A stretch of 64,000 nucleotides of DNA from a bacterium (GTDB lineage Bacteria > Patescibacteriota > Microgenomatia > Curtissbacterales > GWA2-41-24). Below the pieces are notes generated by a model. The model searched no databases and was not told where the DNA came from. It saw nothing but the letters and a program-made list of their open reading frames with translations. The position numbers were made by a program, and so were the translations under genes. The stretch spans positions 107-64,106 of the forward strand of contig JAKALT010000005.1 of the NCBI GenBank assembly GCA_021813125.1. Direction: 5' to 3'. The first letter of the stretch is position 1; each line of letters begins with the position of its first letter. Positions 57,501 through 64,000 of the stretch are shown here, piece by piece.

Positions 57501-57696
57501 TTTGAGTTTAACAGCTGGCCCGATTGATAACGGCGATACCGATTCTAAGACTTCTGGTGATCAGCTAACGCCTCAAAGCGGTACGACCTACTACTGGAGG
57601 ATTAAGGCTTTTAATTTCGGTCAAGGAAGTAATCATGTGTATCCGGGAGGTTTGACTCCACCCGGAAAATCGATAACTGCTGCTACCTGTCCATAG
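54556..57696 (+). CDS. Large secreted modular protein (possible metallopeptidase-like domain, dockerin-like repeats, DUF4185 domain, shared C-terminal domain)
   Basis: TM helix; HNHGH; [15 protein letters not shown]; GADLG..FGDTF, GELSV and LYAPY; PT linkers. Confidence 0.7.
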   Translation: MFVILNLGVMRVAFRFRFLRNNYFSSSFIVAFFVLLAVGVWFGRYQTKLSAKPQVMAASVGLPDKTVQYNMPVLVLRYFPTTDGVNLDSNVTGVVSTLADIRSHVDTIKSETRGFLEEGSKFHGYKDPSAQAGLHYSFIDDNEYLTSLSPGNIISGGWGYTSAPTVTFSGGGGTGAMATATITSRKVSAVTITNGGSGYTSAPTVTFSGGGGNYANAFAVVSAGSVSSVELIHYPDYASMMKNINICNYVDNLGLKEVWLFGYHWGSIAPAESYMAGPYGNIANSYLVNNMPICSKTYILYNYNYGRGTNEAVHNHGHQFGKMFKHVGDPLFENNFIGPFSTYGSNDGSGTNYHRCGWTHVPPNTGFEYDYANTRDSWTDCEDWTPNGTGQKVNINCNEWQCLEAKFHVWRWQNMPGLSNPNPELSNWWDFIGDFDNAKATAEKLYYPPPTPTPTPRPTTDTDNDGFTDFVETYMGTNVNLACGADAWPPDFNNDGVVDSNDINLLVVPHFGSRVGDPTYDARFDLNADGFISASDLTLENTLSGRTCTTPRLGGIGKEIGPDGNNSTQNVDVCGADLGSMFDWNGKVYNVFGDTFGCPLSATPVNWRSNTLSYTTDTNPSDGITFDGWILGADGKAKELIPEDAGTITAIPTYGVSVGSTGYLYYMQVINWSPWTCNYSSVAKSTDGGQNWTKLASLKWNPGNFNQVAIYKKGGYVYFFGIPCGRTGGAKLMRVLEGSIENKATYEYVTGFDASSNPVWTVNAESSAVTVVPAPVGELSVRWDNYLGKYIMMYLHDQPPGGGHGIEMRTAPQLWGPWSDAQVVVTGSQYSCLYAPYMREGYEENDGQVVYFRMSRFCPGFNPYSTYWMKVTLQKDPTLATPTPVPTSTPTPSPTVVPIAGDPSNLTATTSCSGANPKITFSFLDNSNFESGFWLDVSRDPFNSPSNTSANPSVWGVKGIYRSSADMTGLGGTVQFNWDNEALSLTAGPIDNGDTDSKTSGDQLTPQSGTTYYWRIKAFNFGQGSNHVYPGGLTPPGKSITAATCP

Positions 57697-57739
57697 CGGA
57701 GGTATTTACGGTGATTGTATGATACGCTAAGTAAGAATC

Positions 57740-60709
57740 ATGGAAAGCGGGAATGTTTTTGAACCTCCTGGGTATTTGTCGGCAGAACAACCTAAAGGGG
57801 CAAGTTTTGTGCGACGGTTTTTGGATATTGGTGCAGACAGACCGTTTTTGCAACTTCTTCTTTTAGTTTTTTGCGTCAGTGCATTTCTGGTTTTGATTAT
57901 ATTTCCTTTTGGTTTAGAAAGAAGAGATAGGTTTGTTCCTTCATCGTGCAGTATGGTTTCTGCTGAAGAGCAAGGTAAGAAGCAAGACAGAAGCCAGGCG
58001 GGAAATATAGCCAGTGCTGTTGAAAATTATTCAAGAGGAATATCAAATGCCAATGTTAAGTATCAGAATGCTAAAGGTATGGAAAAAATAAAGCTTGAAG
58101 TGCAAATTAAGGAAATGGCTGCCAAAAGAAAAGAGCTTTTGATAAGCCTGATGCGTATTGATCCCAACGCCGCACTGGTAAATACCCTTACCCCGCAGGA
58201 ACAGCAGCTAGCGGGCCGTCTTACTAAAGATTGTTCCGAGCGCCAGATTACGTACGAGGGAACTTTGGATATTGTGATATATGACTTCATAGAAGGAACA
58301 TCGGTAACATATTTTACTTTAATTACCAAGGATGAAAAGCGAATTTCACTGCATTTGGCAAACCTTGAGAGACATTTGATTTCCGGTATGACGGTTAGGG
58401 TTTCCGGCAGCTTGATAGACAGCGATATGTTAATTGACGCTTCGAATTCTGATAATCTTTCGATTATCTCAAATGGCGCTGATAAGAACTCTGGGTTTAT
58501 AGTCAAGAATGCTTATGCCGATGTTCCTGCCGCCAAGGGGGTTCAGAATACCCTGGTTGTCCTCGTCTATTTCCAGGATACTGCGCAACCTTCTTACACT
58601 CCGTCAGATGTATACGATCAAGTCTTAGCCCCTGTACATAGGTACGACCCATCGCGAAGTACGGTAAATAAATACTACAAAAATACTTCCTATAACAAGA
58701 CAAGCCTTGCCGGTGATATTTACGGCTGGTACCAAATTGGACTCAACCAGTCCTGCGACTTCCAATCTGCAACAGATCCTGCAATCCAGGCTGTCGCACC
58801 ATTTGTTGATTTTGCACAATACAGCCGCCTTTTAATAATTGCCAATTTCGAGTATTGCGGCATATTGGGGGTATCAACTATCGGACAAGGAAATGTAAGG
58901 ACGCCCGATGGAGTTTTTTCTATGTCTGTTTCCGCTGTTATGGATAATAACCAAGTTGTCATAGAACACGAACTGGGCCATGGTTTGGGTGTTGGGCACG
59001 CCAGGTTTCTTGACTGTGGCGAAACCGGCTTGACAGCCGATCGTTTTAGGGATTGCACGATCGATGAATACGGAGACAGGTATGATGTTATGGGTGCCAC
59101 TGATGATGGTCAGTGGAATGCCCCGCATAGGGATTATATAGGCTGGTTTTCGCAGACAAATATCCAAACAGTGACAGCTAACGGTACTTATACCCTTGAA
59201 CCGATTGAAACTGCAACCCAAAATCTTAAGGCGCTTAAGATTCAAAGAGCAGCTAACGAATTTCTTTATGTTGAGTACCGCCAGCCTATTGACGATGATG
59301 TAGGCATAGATTTTGGTGGTTCCAATGTTTACGGAGGCGCTTCAGTCCATATTGCAGGGGTTGGACAATATTCTACTTACCTTATAGATACTACGCCACC
59401 TGATGAGAAATACAACATAGTTATTTTACCCGGCGCGGCCTTTACCGATCCCAAAACAGGTGCACAAATTAGTGTGACGTCAGCAACAGCTGCAGCTCTT
59501 ACTCTGAACGTTACTCTTGGCAGTACCGATTTTACCGCGCCAGCTGTTTCTTTTACGTCACCTACTGCCGACTCGGAAGTTTCAGGCTCGGTTGCAGTTT
59601 CTGCCGATGTAACCGATGATTCTTCGGGTGTCAGAGAGGTTTATTTTTCGGTAATAGGAGGGGGGCATAAGTCACTTGGACAAGTGATGGCTCCCCCTTA
59701 TACTGTCGATTGGGACACGACGCAGTCGCCAAACGGAAGAGCCCAAATTGCGGCACTCGCTTATGATAATGCCGGGAACCAGACAATTTCAAGAATGAAT
59801 GTTTTGGTTAACAATTCTGACCCTGTCTCCCCGAGTGTTGCGTTAATGTCACCTGCCGCCAATAGCTATTTTGCTTCGGCAACGCCGATTACGTTCTCGG
59901 CAACAGCTTCCGATGACGTCGGTATCTTCAAGGTGGAATTCTGGAAGGATACGGATGTTTTCCCATTTATGACTTTTGATGCTCTTACTACCCCAAGTTT
60001 CCAACGCAATCTTCCTGACGGTGTCCATACTATCTATGCCAAAGCCTATGACTTTGCGATGAATAGTATGGAAACCGAGCCGATTACGATTTATGTTGGT
60101 GTAGCCATCCCTTCTCCAACGTCGACACCTTCATCTTCGCCTACCCCCTCACCGACACCGGGCTCAACCCCGACACCGACACCGTTGTCTACACCCACTG
60201 CAACCCCTTCCCCGACGCTTATTCCAACGCCGACTGCAGTACCTTCTCCGAGTCCGCCTCCAATTATTGGTGACCCCTCACTTTTGAGTGCAGTTGCCTC
60301 CTGCAATGGTTCGTCGCCTGTGATTACTTTTAAATGGCAGGACAATTCAAATTATGAGAGCGGGTTTTGGCTTGATGTTTCCCGCGATCCTTTCAATAGC
60401 CCTTCGAACACAAGTGCAAACCCTTCTGTTTGGGGGGTCAAAGGAATTTACCGGAGCTTTGCAGATATGACAGGACTTGGAGGGACGGTACAATTCAATT
60501 GGGACAATGAAGCTTCGAGTTTAACTGTTGGCCCAATGGATAGCGGTGATACCGATTCTTCGGCCGGCGGAGACCAAAAGGTTCCCCAAAGCGGTATCAA
60601 CTATTACTGGAGGATTAAGGCTTTCAATTTCGGTCAAGGAAGTAATCATGTCTATCCGGGAGGTTTAACCCCACCTGGGAACTCGATAACTGCTGCGACT
60701 TGTCCGTAA
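57740..60709 (+). CDS. Secreted M11 (gametolysin)-like metallopeptidase with Ig-like domains
   Basis: HELGHGLGVGH, EYGD.YDVMG, VEYRQ and AYDNAGN motifs; PT linker. Confidence 0.8.
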   Translation: MESGNVFEPPGYLSAEQPKGASFVRRFLDIGADRPFLQLLLLVFCVSAFLVLIIFPFGLERRDRFVPSSCSMVSAEEQGKKQDRSQAGNIASAVENYSRGISNANVKYQNAKGMEKIKLEVQIKEMAAKRKELLISLMRIDPNAALVNTLTPQEQQLAGRLTKDCSERQITYEGTLDIVIYDFIEGTSVTYFTLITKDEKRISLHLANLERHLISGMTVRVSGSLIDSDMLIDASNSDNLSIISNGADKNSGFIVKNAYADVPAAKGVQNTLVVLVYFQDTAQPSYTPSDVYDQVLAPVHRYDPSRSTVNKYYKNTSYNKTSLAGDIYGWYQIGLNQSCDFQSATDPAIQAVAPFVDFAQYSRLLIIANFEYCGILGVSTIGQGNVRTPDGVFSMSVSAVMDNNQVVIEHELGHGLGVGHARFLDCGETGLTADRFRDCTIDEYGDRYDVMGATDDGQWNAPHRDYIGWFSQTNIQTVTANGTYTLEPIETATQNLKALKIQRAANEFLYVEYRQPIDDDVGIDFGGSNVYGGASVHIAGVGQYSTYLIDTTPPDEKYNIVILPGAAFTDPKTGAQISVTSATAAALTLNVTLGSTDFTAPAVSFTSPTADSEVSGSVAVSADVTDDSSGVREVYFSVIGGGHKSLGQVMAPPYTVDWDTTQSPNGRAQIAALAYDNAGNQTISRMNVLVNNSDPVSPSVALMSPAANSYFASATPITFSATASDDVGIFKVEFWKDTDVFPFMTFDALTTPSFQRNLPDGVHTIYAKAYDFAMNSMETEPITIYVGVAIPSPTSTPSSSPTPSPTPGSTPTPTPLSTPTATPSPTLIPTPTAVPSPSPPPIIGDPSLLSAVASCNGSSPVITFKWQDNSNYESGFWLDVSRDPFNSPSNTSANPSVWGVKGIYRSFADMTGLGGTVQFNWDNEASSLTVGPMDSGDTDSSAGGDQKVPQSGINYYWRIKAFNFGQGSNHVYPGGLTPPGNSITAATCP

Positions 60710-60712
60710 ATT

Positions 60713-63700
60713 TCAATTTAAAAATTTAACGTAGGAATCCCAGGGAAGGGTTTTTAAGTCTGGGAGTTTTTTTAGGGAAATGGCTTTGACGAAAAGTTCG
60801 GCTGTTTGGAGGTTGGTAAGAAGAGGAATGCCGAAATCTATAGTGTTTCTTCGAATTTGATAATCGTCGTCAAATTCTTTTTTAAAATACGGGTCGAAGA
60901 TATTTATGACAAGGTCTACCTTTTTGTTATGTAAAATGTCCAGAACGTTAGGCTTTTTGTGTTCATGGATTTTATAAAGTTTTGCAGATTTGACACCATT
61001 TTCTTCCAAGTATTTAGCTGTTCCCTCTGTAGCGTAGATTTTTAGCCCCATTGAATCTAGAAGCTTGGCGCTTTCCAAGAATTTTATCTTGTTTTCATCG
61101 CCTGCAAGGGATATGAAAACAGATTTTTCCGGCAAACGGTTTCCGGTTGCCAGAAGTGATTTCAAGAAAGCTTCGTAAATATCCTTTCCAAAAGTAGCCA
61201 CTTCACCGGTCGAGGCCATTTCTACCCTAAGAATCGGGTCTGCACCTTTTATTCTGGCAAAAGAAAATTGCGGGGCTTTGACGCCGACATAATTAAAGAC
61301 ATTAGGTTTTAGATGCTGGATGCTAGACGGTTTACCCAGGATTGCTTCGGTTGCAACTTTGGCAAAGTTTATGCCTGTAACCTTAGAAACAAACGGCAGG
61401 CTTCTCGAGGCTCGAAGGTTGCACTCTATGACCCTTATATGGTTTCTGACTGCCAAAAACTGAATGTTAAATGGTCCTGTAATTTTAAGACGGGCGGCGA
61501 TTTTTTGTGAGATGTCGTTTACTTTATTGATGGTTTCAAGGTAAAGTTTTTGGGCCGGTAAAACTATTGTTGAATCTCCGGAATGGACCCCCGCATTTTC
61601 GATATGTTCTGAAATTGCCTGGCAGAGGATTTTTCCGTCTTTGGCAACAGCGTCTATTTCCAGCTCTTTGGCATTTTCGTGGAATTTGGAAATAACTACT
61701 GGGTGCTCGGGGGAAACATCGGCAGCTGCTTTGAGGTATTGTTCGAGATCTTCCTTGTTAAACGCAACATTCATGGCTGCTCCGGAAAGAACGTACGAAG
61801 GACGTACTAAAACCGGGAAGCCGATTTTGGCGGCAAACCTGGCGGCACTTTTTGCGTCTTTTAGCATTGCCCATTTAGGCTGATCGATTCCGAGCGTGTC
61901 GCACAGTGCGGAAAATTTATTCCTGTCTTCGGCCATGTCTATATTTTTTGGCAGGGTTCCCAAGATTCTTACCCCCGCCTTTTGCAGTTTTGGCGTGAGG
62001 TTGTTGGGTGTTTGGCCGCCCATCGAAACGATGACACCCAGCGGTTTTTCTTTTTTATAAATCTCTTCGACAGTTTCTGTTGTTAACTCTTCAAAATAGA
62101 GTCTTTCGGCCATGTCGTAGTCGGTTGAGACGGTTTCCGGGTTACAGTTTATGATTATCGGTTTTAAACCGTTTACCGCGACTGTTTGGGCACAAGTTAC
62201 GGAACACCAGTCGAATTCCACAGATGAGCCGATACGGTATGGACCGGAGCCCAAGACAATGACCGAATTGTTTTGTGAATTTTTAATTTTTAATTTTAAA
62301 TTTTCGATGTCGTCTTTTTGGCCGTTGTAGGTCAAGTATAGATAATTGGTTTGTGCCGGATATTCCGCGGCGAGGGTATCGATTTGCTTGACGACCGGTT
62401 TTATCCCCCACTTATTTCTAAGATCCGCGATTTTTTGGGGGTCTGTCTTTTTGATATGAGCAATTCTTTTATCGGAAGTTCCAAGCTGTTTTGAAAGAAG
62501 CAAATTTTCTTTTGTCAGAGTTTCCTTTTTGAGGTTTTTTTCGAGATCTGTGATGTTTTTTATTTTCTCCAAGAAAAATAGGTCAATCCCAGTTTTTTGC
62601 GAGACGGTTTGGGTGCTTTTACCCCTTTTTAGGGCTCTTGCAATTGAAAATAATCTGGCCGGAGTTGGGGTTTTGTAGTCGCCCGAAGCATAGGCTTCAT
62701 CACAAATACCTTGAGTCCCGATATCAAGCATCCTGGTTGCTTTTTGGAGGGCTTCTTCAAATTTGCGGCCGATGGCCATGACTTCCCCTACCGATTGCAT
62801 CGAGGAGCCTATTTGTGCATGACTGTTTTTGAATTTGGAAAGGTCCCAGCGCGGGATTTTTACAACCAGGTAATCCAACGCCGGTTCAAATGCGGCAATA
62901 GTTTTTTTTGTGACGGAGTTTTTAATTTCTGTTAGCGAATAACCAAGTGCAAGTTTGGCGGCAACGTAAGCCAGCGGATAGCCTGTTGCTTTTGAGGCTA
63001 GTGCCGATGAGCGTGAGAGGCGGGCATTAACCTCGATAATTCGGTAGTCGAGATAGTTTCCAGTTTCCAGTTGCCACTCTGCAGGTTTTTTCTCTGGTCT
63101 CTGGTCCCTTGTATCTGGTCTCGGATTTAGGGCAAATTGAATGTTGCATTCCCCGACAATACCAAGATGGCGGATAACCCGGATTGCGACCTCGCGCAGG
63201 CCATGATATTCGAAGTTGTTTAAGGTTTGTGAAGGAGCAATAACAATCGATTCGCCTGTATGGATTCCCATGGGGTCGAAGTTTTCCATATTACAAACTG
63301 TGATGCAGTTGTCGAACCTGTCGCGGACAACCTCGTATTCGATTTCTTTCCAGTGGTGTAGGTATTCTTCTATTAAAATCTGCTTGGTTTTTGCAAGTGC
63401 GCGGGAAGCAATTTCTGTGAGCTCCTTTTTGTTTTTGGCAACGCCGGAGTCCTGGCCCCCCAGAGAGAATCCGCCGCGAATTATAACAGGGTAGCCAATT
63501 TCTTGGGCGGCAATTTCTGCCTCGCGTTCGGATTTTGCCGCAATGCTTTTTGGGTACTTTGCGTTTATTTCATCGAGAGTTTGGACAAACAAATGACGGT
63601 CTTCCGTTTTTTCAATAGCTTGGGTTGGTGTTCCTAAGACTTTTATCTTGTGCTTTGCAAGGACACCGTTTTTGGCAAGATCAAGGCCACAATTTAGAGC

Positions 63701-63961
63701 TGTCTGGCCACCGAAGGACAGGATAATTCCCTCGGGCTTTTCGCTTTTTATAACTTCTTCTATGAAGTGTGGTGTAATCGGTAAAAAATAGACTTTGTCG
63801 GCAAAATTCTGGGAAGTTTGGATAGTGGCGATATTTGGGTTGATAAGAATTACCTGATGGCCTTCTTCTTTTAGCGCCTTTATTGCTTGCGAGCCTGAAT
63901 AGTCAAATTCACCGGCCTGACCGATTTGAAGAGCACCGGAACCCAAAAGTAAAATTTTCAT
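60713..63961 (-). CDS. carB: Carbamoyl-phosphate synthase large subunit
   Basis: GSG..IGQAGEFDYSG, two ATP-grasp halves and an MGS domain. Confidence 0.98.
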   Translation of the reverse strand: MKILLLGSGALQIGQAGEFDYSGSQAIKALKEEGHQVILINPNIATIQTSQNFADKVYFLPITPHFIEEVIKSEKPEGIILSFGGQTALNCGLDLAKNGVLAKHKIKVLGTPTQAIEKTEDRHLFVQTLDEINAKYPKSIAAKSEREAEIAAQEIGYPVIIRGGFSLGGQDSGVAKNKKELTEIASRALAKTKQILIEEYLHHWKEIEYEVVRDRFDNCITVCNMENFDPMGIHTGESIVIAPSQTLNNFEYHGLREVAIRVIRHLGIVGECNIQFALNPRPDTRDQRPEKKPAEWQLETGNYLDYRIIEVNARLSRSSALASKATGYPLAYVAAKLALGYSLTEIKNSVTKKTIAAFEPALDYLVVKIPRWDLSKFKNSHAQIGSSMQSVGEVMAIGRKFEEALQKATRMLDIGTQGICDEAYASGDYKTPTPARLFSIARALKRGKSTQTVSQKTGIDLFFLEKIKNITDLEKNLKKETLTKENLLLSKQLGTSDKRIAHIKKTDPQKIADLRNKWGIKPVVKQIDTLAAEYPAQTNYLYLTYNGQKDDIENLKLKIKNSQNNSVIVLGSGPYRIGSSVEFDWCSVTCAQTVAVNGLKPIIINCNPETVSTDYDMAERLYFEELTTETVEEIYKKEKPLGVIVSMGGQTPNNLTPKLQKAGVRILGTLPKNIDMAEDRNKFSALCDTLGIDQPKWAMLKDAKSAARFAAKIGFPVLVRPSYVLSGAAMNVAFNKEDLEQYLKAAADVSPEHPVVISKFHENAKELEIDAVAKDGKILCQAISEHIENAGVHSGDSTIVLPAQKLYLETINKVNDISQKIAARLKITGPFNIQFLAVRNHIRVIECNLRASRSLPFVSKVTGINFAKVATEAILGKPSSIQHLKPNVFNYVGVKAPQFSFARIKGADPILRVEMASTGEVATFGKDIYEAFLKSLLATGNRLPEKSVFISLAGDENKIKFLESAKLLDSMGLKIYATEGTAKYLEENGVKSAKLYKIHEHKKPNVLDILHNKKVDLVINIFDPYFKKEFDDDYQIRRNTIDFGIPLLTNLQTAELFVKAISLKKLPDLKTLPWDSYVKFLN

Positions 63962-64000
63962 CGAAATTTCTCCATGAATTTGTCAAAAAGAAATTCGGTG
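63958..64000 (-). CDS. carA: 3' end of probable carbamoyl-phosphate synthase small subunit (partial)
   Basis: Frame TEFLFDKFMEKFR* with the stop overlapping the carB ATG. Confidence 0.65.
   Translation of the reverse strand, partial: TEFLFDKFMEKFR

Noticed and set aside
13675-63494. Numerous 60-200 aa antisense or overlapping ORFs in the track (e.g. 14542-14955, 17990-18601, 47622-48047, 58063-58506)
   Set aside because: They are shadows of well-supported genes on the opposite strand or in another frame, with no motifs

Overview
About 64 kb of bacterial chromosome, most likely Patescibacteria/CPR (Microgenomates-like), inferred from compact housekeeping genes, lineage-type hypothetical proteins and many apparently leaderless starts. 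It uses the standard genetic code. Positions 1-13.5 kb are an AT-rich accessory region integrated at the 5' end of ychF. A large serine recombinase there has its attachment site inside its own 3' end, and three copies of the displaced recombinase tail delimit tandem cargo blocks. The cargo includes DUF3800 plus a convergent ncRNA, a SWIM protein, a zeta-like kinase pair, a TIR protein with a STAND-like partner, and an HK97 capsid relic. The rest is mostly core genes: rpsF-ssb-rpsR, prfA, rpmE, hisS, dnaB, efp, lspA, yebC, a three-part ATP-citrate lyase, ruvC, pyrH, xer and carB. A symmetric dif-like site at 51786-51813 suggests the replication terminus. The most novel-looking signal is a family of hairpin inserts (ATATCAG...CTGATAT) lying between two synonymously recoded copies of a gene's first codons, seen in ssb, rpsR, yebC and a small basic protein, with an analogous arrangement at tRNA-Leu. 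Other signals are a His attenuator with YerC operators, single-gene cassettes flanked by duplicated gene 3' ends, and several REP-like and periodic repeat families. All calls come from reading the sequence; no searches were run.
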